Assembly (NCBI GenBank): GCA_032123335.1
Contig: JAQBFN010000042.1
Span: forward strand, 1-50,152
DNA length: 50,152 nt
From: Candidatus Micrarchaeota archaeon
GTDB taxonomy: Archaea; Micrarchaeota; Micrarchaeia; Anstonellales; Bilamarchaeaceae
Direction: 5' to 3'
Part shown: positions 18,167 through 25,916 of the stretch, one piece after another
Numbering within the stretch: position 1 is the first letter of the stretch
How the letters are laid out: each line of letters begins with the position of its first letter
Position numbers and translations under genes: made by a program
Notes under the pieces: generated by a model
Told to the model about the DNA's origin: nothing
The model's database searches: none
The model's input: the letters and a program-made list of their open reading frames with translations, nothing else

Positions 18167-18945
18167 CAGAACACCTCATCCCGCATCTGCTCTGTGTCCG
18201 CGGGGATGAAGTAGCTCCATTCAAAGCATTTTATCATGTCTGTGTCCAGGAGCTCAGTAACATCTGCGCCAAGTGTGGAAGAAATGATTGTGCGGGCTTC
18301 CTTAGCCTGCCGGCGCACCTTGGAAATTGCTTCCTCTTTTGTGACTCCAAATGCGGTGGTTTGGGCGAATGCGGTAATCTCAAGCGAGCGGTCTCCGTGT
18401 GTTATCCTTTCAAGGAGCCTGTTCCACATTGCAATCTCCCTGTCTATGCGGACGAGTTCCTCGCTGTTGGGTGGAAGGCGGCGGCGCTTGCTTTCTGCGG
18501 CGCTCCTCTTTGCCTTGATTTTGTCAATGTGCTTGGTAAGGTCAACAGAGGAGACCATAAGGGAAATCTTGAGGACATTTTTGAGGGAAGCGAGGGCTTT
18601 CTCGAAAGACTCAATCATGGAGGAGCGGTCACTGTCCCCCTTGTCTATCATGCTTTCATAAAATTTTATTTCCAGGAATTTGGACGCATAGAAACCGCCT
18701 CCGGTCCTCTTGGTGATGCAATCCCTGGTGGGGGGGATGTTGTAGCCTCCGCGAACTTCGATTATGTTTGTGGCGGTAGTGAAAAACGGGATTAGGATGT
18801 AGCCGTATTTCCATAGGAGTAGGGAAAGCGCAAAGAAAAACGATGCGACCAATGCAACTAATGCCTGTCCGCTGACAAAGGCGAAAAGGAGGCTGAGTAC
18901 TCCTCCGCCGAGTGCGGCAAATGTGACCATTCTGTTAGCTATCAT
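18166..18945 (-). CDS. Membrane-anchored protein resembling VirB3 plus the non-catalytic N-terminal half of VirB4
   Basis: Two N-terminal TM helices, then a soluble alpha/beta domain with a coiled-coil insert; translationally coupled to the ATPase. Confidence 0.5.
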   Translation of the reverse strand: MIANRMVTFAALGGGVLSLLFAFVSGQALVALVASFFFALSLLLWKYGYILIPFFTTATNIIEVRGGYNIPPTRDCITKRTGGGFYASKFLEIKFYESMIDKGDSDRSSMIESFEKALASLKNVLKISLMVSSVDLTKHIDKIKAKRSAAESKRRRLPPNSEELVRIDREIAMWNRLLERITHGDRSLEITAFAQTTAFGVTKEEAISKVRRQAKEARTIISSTLGADVTELLDTDMIKCFEWSYFIPADTEQMRDEVF

Positions 18946-19883
18946 AACATTCCCACCGAATAGAAGAATTCTCCTCCGAATATATCAGTTACTTCCTTTA
19001 TAAATATCAGGGTTATGATGATCGAGAATAGGGGGGCGATAAGGACGAAGATTGTGAGCGCAGATGTGGCGGTGGTGAGTTCCTGGATTGATGTGGTTAC
19101 TTCCCCTGTAAAGTCCATGCCTGCACTTGTGTTGGTCATGTTATCCAGTTTTCCTGCAATTGCATAGTTGTCGTTGAGGTCCAGGATGGGCGTGATTGTG
19201 TAATTGGTGTTATTGTTCATTGATTCCAATGAGGTGAGGGTTTCGTTGAGCACGGGCTGCGGGAAAACCATCACAAGAGAGGGGTAAAGGAGGTAAAGGC
19301 CGATTGAGAGGGCGATGAGGAAACCTCCCAGTTTTCTTGTGGAAAAGAATGCACGGAATACCAGGCCCAGGGGGAAGAAAAAGGTGAGCAGCTGGGGGCC
19401 AAAGAAGGAAAGAAGCTGGATGTGGACCTCTGAAACCAGGAGCAGCTGCTGGAGGATGAGAACCTGGGCTTCGAGTATCAGGGAAACTGAGGAAAGGTAT
19501 GCAAGGGGCTGGATTGTGAATGTGGAAAAATTGAGTACGAGTGACTGGTAGTAGGCAACGGTCTGGTGGAGGTGGAGGGTTTCTACCAGGAGGGAATAGA
19601 CGTTGGCTGAAACGCCTTCAAAAAGGCACTGGAGATTTTCGATTGCGTCGCCTGCACCACAGACTGTCCCGCTGACCATTTCCTTGCTTATTTCGGTGGC
19701 GGTGAGGGTGATTGTGGCATATGCGCCTACTAATGCGGCATTTATCATTGCCTGGATAAGCTCTTCCCGGCCGAAATACTCAACCTTATGGGAGCCTATG
19801 GCACGGCCCATGCCAATGAGAAGCCCAGATAACACTATAGACAGTGCAACTATCGTCCCGGCTATCGTAAGGTCCAGAGCCAT
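18942..19883 (-). CDS. Polytopic membrane protein, VirB6/CedA-like
   Basis: Several TM helices including FFFPLGLVFRAFFSTRKLGGFLIALSIGLYLLYP; Asn-rich external loop; lies between pilin-like and ATPase genes. Confidence 0.55.
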   Translation of the reverse strand: MALDLTIAGTIVALSIVLSGLLIGMGRAIGSHKVEYFGREELIQAMINAALVGAYATITLTATEISKEMVSGTVCGAGDAIENLQCLFEGVSANVYSLLVETLHLHQTVAYYQSLVLNFSTFTIQPLAYLSSVSLILEAQVLILQQLLLVSEVHIQLLSFFGPQLLTFFFPLGLVFRAFFSTRKLGGFLIALSIGLYLLYPSLVMVFPQPVLNETLTSLESMNNNTNYTITPILDLNDNYAIAGKLDNMTNTSAGMDFTGEVTTSIQELTTATSALTIFVLIAPLFSIIITLIFIKEVTDIFGGEFFYSVGML

Positions 19884-19887
19884 TTTT

Positions 19888-20133
19888 TCACTTGAAGAGG
19901 TTTGAGGATACTTCCTGTATCAGGTCCGCTGCCCCTAGGATAGCGGCTATCAGGATGCCCCCAACAACGATTGCGATTCCAGTGGTCTGCCATTTTCCGC
20001 GCGTTTCACCAGGCTGGAGCTGTGCAAAACCATAGAGCAAGCCACCAAGTATGATGAGGAGCATCGAAATCATAGTACCCGCAGACTTCAGTGTTTCTAG
20101 CCAACTTGAGAGAAGTGTTTCTACATATGCCAT
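19888..20133 (-). CDS. 81-aa two-helix pilin-like protein (VirB2/TrbC/CedA1-like)
   Basis: MAYVETLL...: two hydrophobic helices around a short basic loop (QPGETRGKW). Start set at ATG 20133, not the upstream alternative start in the ORF track. Confidence 0.65.
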   Translation of the reverse strand: MAYVETLLSSWLETLKSAGTMISMLLIILGGLLYGFAQLQPGETRGKWQTTGIAIVVGGILIAAILGAADLIQEVSSNLFK

Positions 20134-20219
20134 GACAAACTCCGATAAGACTAAAGAAGATAATATTAATAAACCTTTAGAAGATGTTTGTATAGGTTTA
20201 CTGAATTGGGTGTGTTGTT

Positions 20220-20987
20220 TTGGGAGTGAGGATAAAACTTGGGAAAAATGCGCAGGAGAGCGCAGTGCATTATCATCAGCTTGCAAAGAAAATCAGGAAA
20301 AAGGCTGAGGGGCTGGAGAAAGCGATAGTGGAAACCAAGAAGAACATAAAGAGGGCTGAGGGGAAGGAACGGGTGAAGAAAGAGAAGAAGGTAAGGATTG
20401 TGCGGGAAAAGGAGTGGTATGAAAGTTTTGGGTGGAGCGTTACCAATTCTGGAAAAATGATTTTGTTCGGGAGGAATGAAAAACAGAATGACATAGTTGT
20501 TGCAAGGCATATGGAAAAGGGGGATTTGTTCTTTCATGCGGATATCCGGGGAGGGTCTGCAACTATCCTGAAGGGGGGTGTTGGGGCTAAGCGGGAGGAT
20601 AGGGATTTTGCCGCGACCATTGCTGCAAGTTTTTCGAAAGCGTGGGTACGGGGTTTCAGCCAGGCGGATGCGTATTCTGTGGAGAAAGAACAGCTGAGCA
20701 AGCACGCAAAAAGCGGGGCTTCTGCGGGCGCCGGGGGATTCATGCTGGATGGAAAGCGGGACTGGCACAAGAATACGGCGCTTAAGATTAGGGTGGGGGT
20801 GGATGAAAAGGGTAGGGTAGCTGTGGGGGCAGAGAGCGCGGATTGGATGAAAATGAGTGTGTTGGTTGTGCCTGGAAAGAAAGCAAAGGGGGAAACCGGG
20901 AAGAAAATTGCGGGGCTTCTGGGGGTGGAGGAGAGTGAGGTTGTCCACGTTCTGCCATCGGGTTCTTTTGGTTTGGTTAAGGAATAG
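20220..20987 (+). CDS. Truncated NFACT/RqcH-family protein (coiled coil plus NFACT-R domain)
   Basis: KNAQESAVHYHQLAKK coiled coil, then WYESFGW...GRNEKQND...DLFFHADIRG.SATILK; no N-terminal NFACT-N/HhH domains; TTG start uncertain. Confidence 0.8.
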   Translation: MGVRIKLGKNAQESAVHYHQLAKKIRKKAEGLEKAIVETKKNIKRAEGKERVKKEKKVRIVREKEWYESFGWSVTNSGKMILFGRNEKQNDIVVARHMEKGDLFFHADIRGGSATILKGGVGAKREDRDFAATIAASFSKAWVRGFSQADAYSVEKEQLSKHAKSGASAGAGGFMLDGKRDWHKNTALKIRVGVDEKGRVAVGAESADWMKMSVLVVPGKKAKGETGKKIAGLLGVEESEVVHVLPSGSFGLVKE

Positions 20988-20995
20988 CTATGAAA

Positions 20996-21052
20996 CATTG
21001 TGAGACGAACCGGCCGCGGCCGGGTGTAATGAGTATTATTCGTCTCACGATG
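20996..21052. other. Three-way-junction inverted repeat (14-bp outer stem)
   Basis: CATTGTGAGACGAA (20996-21009) pairs with TTCGTCTCACGATG (21039-21052) with one G-U pair; encloses palindrome CCGGCCGCGGCCGG and a TAAT-GAGT-ATTA mini-hairpin. Confidence 0.7.
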
Positions 21053-21054
21053 GT

Positions 21055-21070
21055 TGTAACCATGGTTACA
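21055..21070. promoter_or_regulatory. Palindrome TGTAACCATGGTTACA, copy 1 (followed by CAA on + strand)
   Basis: Exact sequence; 13 nt upstream of a TTATAAA box in front of purF. Function inferred. Confidence 0.75.
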
Positions 21071-21126
21071 CAACCTATAAGCATTATAAAACTCTTATAT
21101 CCTAAAATGGGTATTCTGGTGGGCTA

Positions 21127-22518
21127 ATGTATGAGAAAAAAGAAGAGTGCGGCGTAGTGGCCGTTATCTCAAAAAACAAGAAGCCCGTGGCACCGCTTGT
21201 TTACCGGGGAATGCTTGGAGTCCAGCACAGGGGGCAGGATGCTGCAGGCATGGTTCTGTATGATGGCTCGTTCTACAAGAAAAAGGGGATGGGGCTTGTT
21301 TCTGAAATAATTGGTGATGAGGATACGGAACAGCAGCACTGGGCAGGGATTGCCCATACCCGCTACCCGACCACTGCAACTGCAACGATAAAGGATGTTC
21401 AGCCCTCCGTTTCAGGAAGCCTCGCTGTTGCGCACAATGGGCACATAGCGAATTATGGGGAGCTGCGCAAGGAGCTTGAAGAAAAAAAGTATGTGTTTGA
21501 AGGGACCGTTGATTCTGAGGCCATCCTTTACCTGCTTACGGATAAAATGCGGGAGGGTGCTTCCATAAAGGAAGCGGTGCTGTACACCATGGAGAAGTTG
21601 GATGGAGCTTACTCCGTGGTTGGGATTTACGACAGGAAACTGTTTATTTTCAGGGATCCGCATGCAATCCGCCCGCTTGTTTATGGGGAAAATGAGGAAT
21701 GTTTCATGTTTTGCTCTGAGTCAACCGGCCTTGACATGAATGGAATTCCCTATGTGGGCTCTGTGAACGCGGGGGAACTGATAATCGTTGAGGAGAATGG
21801 GGGGAGAACCAGTGAGATTCTGTTGGATATGGGAGCAAGGCACTGTATGTTTGAGTATGTTTACTTCTCAAGGCCGGATTCGGTGATAAACGACCGGCTC
21901 GTTGAGCAGGTGAGGAAGGAACTCGGGAAGCAGCTGGCCGTGGAAGCTCCTGTAGAAGCGGATTTGGTAATACCTGTTCCGGATACTGCAAGGAGTGCGG
22001 CCCTGGGTTTTGCACGGGCAACCGGAATTGAATATACTGAAGGGATAATCAAAAACCGCTATGTGGGAAGGACATTCATCATGCCTGACCAGGAAAGCAG
22101 GATAAAGGCAGTGCGGCTGAAGGTTAACCCGATAAGGAAGGTCATTGAAGGGAAACGGATCGTTGTTTTTGACGATAGTATTGTGCGTGGAACCACAATA
22201 AAAGAAGTGATGAAACTGTTGAGGGCGTGCAAGCCAAAGGAAATTCACCTCAGGATAACCTGCCCCCCGATAATTTCACCCTGTTTCTATGGGGTAGATA
22301 TGCCTACATTTGAGGAGTTAATTGCAAACAACAAAAACGTTGAAGAGATACGGGAATATTTGGGGGTAGATAGCCTCCACTACATATCCTTGGAGGGGTT
22401 GAAGAAGGTTGTGGGGGAGAAAAGCTGCCTTGCGTGTGTAACTGGGGACTACGTAACTGCTGCTGCAGAAAAGGAAGCAAAAAAACGGAGGAATCCAAAT
22501 GGCTGTCATAAATGTTGA
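21127..22518 (+). CDS. purF: Amidophosphoribosyltransferase
   Basis: EECGVV N-terminal nucleophile Cys after a short propeptide, QHRGQDAAG, HNGHIAN, CMFEYVYFSRPDS, VFDDSIVRGTT, Fe-S cysteines. Confidence 0.98.
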   Translation: MYEKKEECGVVAVISKNKKPVAPLVYRGMLGVQHRGQDAAGMVLYDGSFYKKKGMGLVSEIIGDEDTEQQHWAGIAHTRYPTTATATIKDVQPSVSGSLAVAHNGHIANYGELRKELEEKKYVFEGTVDSEAILYLLTDKMREGASIKEAVLYTMEKLDGAYSVVGIYDRKLFIFRDPHAIRPLVYGENEECFMFCSESTGLDMNGIPYVGSVNAGELIIVEENGGRTSEILLDMGARHCMFEYVYFSRPDSVINDRLVEQVRKELGKQLAVEAPVEADLVIPVPDTARSAALGFARATGIEYTEGIIKNRYVGRTFIMPDQESRIKAVRLKVNPIRKVIEGKRIVVFDDSIVRGTTIKEVMKLLRACKPKEIHLRITCPPIISPCFYGVDMPTFEELIANNKNVEEIREYLGVDSLHYISLEGLKKVVGEKSCLACVTGDYVTAAAEKEAKKRRNPNGCHKC

Positions 22519-24058
22519 TTTCAAAAAGCTGGAAAAAATGTGTGGGCATAGTGAAAAGAAAATTATAGATTGCCTTACTAATATTGGAATGCCGGTTGAA
22601 CCTGGGGAAGATGGCGGCTTGGTTGTTGAAGTTACGCCTAACAGGCCGGATTTGTTTTGTGTTGAGGGGATTTCAAGGGCAGTTCGCTCATATTATGATA
22701 ATGTTTTGCCGGAGTATAACGCAAAAAAATCAGAATACGTGCTTTCTGTTTCCCCAAAAACAGCAAACGTGCGGCCAGCAATCTGCGCAGCAGTAGTTAA
22801 GGGCCTTGAAATTGATGATGAATTGCTTCTGGACCTGATGCAGATGCAGGAAAAGCTGCATGACACGATTGGGCGGAAAAGAAAAAAGATTGCCGTTGGG
22901 ATTCATGATTTAGATAGGATTTCTGGGAAAATGGAGTATGTTGTTGCTTCCGATGAAAAATTTGTCCCGCTTGAAATGAAAGGGGAGGTGGATGTGTGGG
23001 GTGTGTTGAAGACGCACCCTAAGGGAATTGCCTTTGCACATTTGGTGGAAAAAGAAGCCGTTGTGATAAAAGATGTTGAGGGGATTATTTCCTTCCCACC
23101 CATAATAAACAGCGAACGGACGAGGGTGACCACAGAAACAAAAAATCTGTTTATAGACTCCACCGGAACCTCTGTTGAGGGGGTGAAAAAGGCGGTGAAC
23201 ATTATTGCAACTGCGCTTGCTGACAGGGGTGGGGAAGTGTATATTGTGAAGGTTGGGGATAGGAACTGCCCTGATTTTTCATACTCAAGTGTGAAAATTA
23301 ACCTCAAGGAAGCAAACCGGGTTCTTGGTTTGGAGTTAAGTGAAAAGGAAGCAGGAGATGCGCTCATGCGCATGGGTATTGGTGTGGATAAAGGTTTCGC
23401 CCGTGTGCCTCCATACCGTGCAGATGTTATTTCATTTACAGATATCCTGGAGGATATTGCAATCGGGCATGGGTATGAAAAAGTTGAGCCCACCCTCCCA
23501 ATGATTTCCACTGTTGGGGGTGGGAGTGAGGAAGAGGAACCAATCCATGATACCCTTACTGGAATGGGTTTCATGGAAATAAAAAATTACATTCTTACCA
23601 ATATGGAAAAACTCGAGGCGACGGGCAGGGGAAATGGTGCGCTTGGGATAAAAAATTCTGCATCTGAGGAATTTACTTACCTAAGAACAAGCCTGATCCC
23701 GGGAATTTTGGGCTGTTTTTCAACCAATAAGATGAGGGGCCTTCCGCAGATGTACTATGAGTTTGGGGAAGTGTATAATGAACGGGAATACAAAACAATT
23801 TGTTTTGGGTTAATGGGTGAGGGTGTTTCAATAACTGACTTGCAGCCCCACCTGCAAACACTGGTAAAGGAATTGGGGGGTATTTTGGTTTTAGAAGAAA
23901 CTGTGGATGCCTGTTTCATCAAAGGAAGGTGCGCAAAAATATTGGTTGGGGATAAGGAAATCGGGGTTATTGGCTCTGTGCACCCAGCAGTTTTGCAGAA
24001 ATTTGGCCTTGAGCACGCAGTTGTGCTTTGTGAAGTGAAGAAAGCTGGTTTGTTTTGA
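22499..24058 (+). CDS. pheT: Phenylalanine-tRNA ligase beta subunit (archaeal type)
   Basis: EVTPNRPDL, QEKLHDTIGRKRKKIAVGIHDLD, VPPYRADV...EDIAIGHGY, LRTSLIPG. Confidence 0.96.
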   Translation: MAVINVDFKKLEKMCGHSEKKIIDCLTNIGMPVEPGEDGGLVVEVTPNRPDLFCVEGISRAVRSYYDNVLPEYNAKKSEYVLSVSPKTANVRPAICAAVVKGLEIDDELLLDLMQMQEKLHDTIGRKRKKIAVGIHDLDRISGKMEYVVASDEKFVPLEMKGEVDVWGVLKTHPKGIAFAHLVEKEAVVIKDVEGIISFPPIINSERTRVTTETKNLFIDSTGTSVEGVKKAVNIIATALADRGGEVYIVKVGDRNCPDFSYSSVKINLKEANRVLGLELSEKEAGDALMRMGIGVDKGFARVPPYRADVISFTDILEDIAIGHGYEKVEPTLPMISTVGGGSEEEEPIHDTLTGMGFMEIKNYILTNMEKLEATGRGNGALGIKNSASEEFTYLRTSLIPGILGCFSTNKMRGLPQMYYEFGEVYNEREYKTICFGLMGEGVSITDLQPHLQTLVKELGGILVLEETVDACFIKGRCAKILVGDKEIGVIGSVHPAVLQKFGLEHAVVLCEVKKAGLF

Positions 24059-24077
24059 GGGGGGCGCGGGACCCCCC
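24059..24077. terminator. G6/C6 hairpin between convergent pheT and the 77-aa gene
   Basis: GGGGGG-CGCGGGA-CCCCCC immediately after the pheT stop; role inferred. Confidence 0.4.
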
Positions 24078-24084
24078 ATTTCCA

Positions 24085-24318
24085 CTATTCAAGCTCTTCG
24101 ATTGAGTTGGTTCGTATTTTATAGGCCACAACAAATTTATTAAAATCCTTGAAGAAACCATCCAGAATACGTTCCATGTCATCCGGTGCAACTAATACAG
24201 ATTTGGTCTTCCAAAAATATTGGTTATATCCGTTTTTGTTTAAATGATAATAAAAATTACGTTTAAGTCTGTTGTACTCTTGTACTGTTGATTTTAGATC
24301 ATATATATATACTAACAT
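24085..24318 (-). CDS. 77-aa Cas2/VapD-like ferredoxin-fold protein without CRISPR context
   Basis: LVYIYD strand with Asp, helix EYNRLKRNFYYHL, KTKSVL (cf. Cas2 VQxSVF), second helix, terminal strand; AT-rich gene. Confidence 0.55.
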   Translation of the reverse strand: MLVYIYDLKSTVQEYNRLKRNFYYHLNKNGYNQYFWKTKSVLVAPDDMERILDGFFKDFNKFVVAYKIRTNSIEELE

Positions 24319-24322
24319 ATCA

Positions 24323-24338
24323 TGTAACCATGGTTACA
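24323..24338. promoter_or_regulatory. Palindrome TGTAACCATGGTTACA, copy 2 (at the skew switch, 4 nt upstream of the 77-aa gene ATG)
   Basis: Exact sequence; extends to 18 bp (ATGTAACCATGGTTACAT); can be read as 11-6-11 ATATCATGTAA-CCATGG-TTACATATGTT (24317-24344). Confidence 0.75.
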
Positions 24339-24433
24339 TATGTTTTTAATTTTAACATTTGCGGAAAAGTAAGCCGAATAGTGGAAATGCACCCCCCTCA
24401 CTCTTTTAAACCGACTGAAGCATATTCAAAACA

Positions 24434-25915
24434 ATGAAGCTCCAGCCGAGGGAATACCAGCAAAACATCATAGAATCCATCCAAACCAATGGAAACACTT
24501 TAGTAGTTCTTCCAACGGGTTTGGGAAAAACCCTCATCGCCCTTAGCCTAATGGAAAAAACACCTGGAAAATGCCTTTTTCTCACTCCTACGAAACCACT
24601 GGCTAAACAACACGTTGAGACAATTGCAAATGTTTTAGGGAACGTGGTGGGGGGGTCGGTTTTGGTAACTGGGGAGACCACCCCAAAAAAGCGCGCTGGG
24701 CTCTATACTAACAGGGTGATCTCATCAACACCCCAAACAATACGAAATGACATAAACAAGGGAATTTTTCCAAAAGAGGAGGTTTCCCTTGTTGTTTTTG
24801 ATGAGGCCCATCGTGCGGTTGGGGACTATGCATATGTGCAGATAGCCAAAAAGCTTCCCGAAACGGCCAAAATCATCGCCCTCACAGCATCACCAGGGGG
24901 GGACAGGGCCAAGATAATGGAGGTGCTTGCAAACCTCAAAATAACCAATATAGAAATTAGGGCCTCCACTGACCCAGATGTTTCCCCATATGTAAAAAAG
25001 ATGAATTATAACTGGATTCCTGTCGAACTTAGTAATGAATACGCAGAAGCGCAGGCAATCCTTTCAACATACATCAAGAAACAAGTTGAACTCCTGAAGA
25101 ATCGGGGGATTCGCCCACAAATCCTCTCCAAACGGGCATTTCTTGCCCTGAGGCCCAAAATACTCAAGATAAAACACCCAACGAAATATCACCTGATCTA
25201 TCTGTACACCTGTCTGCTGCATACCCTGCACCTGCAGGAACTGCTTGAAACACAGGGAAAGGTCCCTGTTTTTAAATATCTTGAGAAACTCTCAAAATCT
25301 GATTCCAAATCAGCAAAAACAGTTAGCAACAGCACAGAAATAAGGAAAATCATGCAATTGTTGGAATCTTCAGATGACCACCCCAAAATGGAGAAGCTCT
25401 TTTCATTGCTTTCTACACTAAAGGGGAAGAAGCTGATAATTTTTGTGCAGTATAGGGACCAGATAACTGAAATCGTTTCTAAACTTGCCAAACAAGGGCA
25501 CACAGCACGCCCATTTATGGGCAAGAGGGACAATTTCACTAAAAAAATGCAGGAGGAAACCATGGACTCGTTCCGGGTGGGGGAGTTTGATGTGCTTGTT
25601 GCCAGCTCAATTGGTGAGGAGGGGCTGGACATCCCGGAAGTGGACTCAGTTATCTTCTACGAGCCAATCCCAAGTGAGATACGTTCTATCCAGCGCAGGG
25701 GCAGGGCAGGAAGGCTCAAGGAAGGCTCAGTTTATGTCCTCATGACAAAGGCCACAAGGGACGAGCATTATTTTTGGGCATCAAAAAAACGAGAGAAGAA
25801 AATGAAAGAGGTTTTGCTTTCCTTCCAGGAAAAATTCCACTCAGGGAAACCACTGAATCCAAAGCAAAAAAAGAAAAACACCTGGCAGAATACCTTAACT
25901 GAATTCATGGAATGA
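24434..25915 (+). CDS. Hef/FANCM-type SF2 helicase lacking the ERCC4 nuclease domain
   Basis: PREYQ, LPTGLGKT, FDEAH, LTASPG, EEGLDIPEVD, IQRRGRAGR; C-terminal PIP-like QNTLTEF. Confidence 0.92.
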   Translation: MKLQPREYQQNIIESIQTNGNTLVVLPTGLGKTLIALSLMEKTPGKCLFLTPTKPLAKQHVETIANVLGNVVGGSVLVTGETTPKKRAGLYTNRVISSTPQTIRNDINKGIFPKEEVSLVVFDEAHRAVGDYAYVQIAKKLPETAKIIALTASPGGDRAKIMEVLANLKITNIEIRASTDPDVSPYVKKMNYNWIPVELSNEYAEAQAILSTYIKKQVELLKNRGIRPQILSKRAFLALRPKILKIKHPTKYHLIYLYTCLLHTLHLQELLETQGKVPVFKYLEKLSKSDSKSAKTVSNSTEIRKIMQLLESSDDHPKMEKLFSLLSTLKGKKLIIFVQYRDQITEIVSKLAKQGHTARPFMGKRDNFTKKMQEETMDSFRVGEFDVLVASSIGEEGLDIPEVDSVIFYEPIPSEIRSIQRRGRAGRLKEGSVYVLMTKATRDEHYFWASKKREKKMKEVLLSFQEKFHSGKPLNPKQKKKNTWQNTLTEFME

Positions 25916-25916
25916 A

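Noticed and set aside
16026-20133. VirB-like operon as an integrated conjugative element
   Set aside because: No integrase, relaxase, flanking direct repeats or compositional shift seen; it appears resident.
20996-21052. Hammerhead ribozyme
   Set aside because: The three-way junction lacks the CUGAUGA and GAAA core on both strands.
21055-21070. Integron attC site (TAAC...GTTA)
   Set aside because: Only 4 nt separate the core-like ends, there is no cassette array and no integron integrase.
24300-24311. (AT)n microsatellite as a phase-variation switch
   Set aside because: Only 5-6 units, encoding V-Y-I-Y of the 77-aa ORF in frame; no evidence of length variation from a single sequence.
24085-24318. 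Cas2-like gene as evidence of a CRISPR-Cas locus
   Set aside because: No cas1, effector genes or repeat-spacer array in the window.
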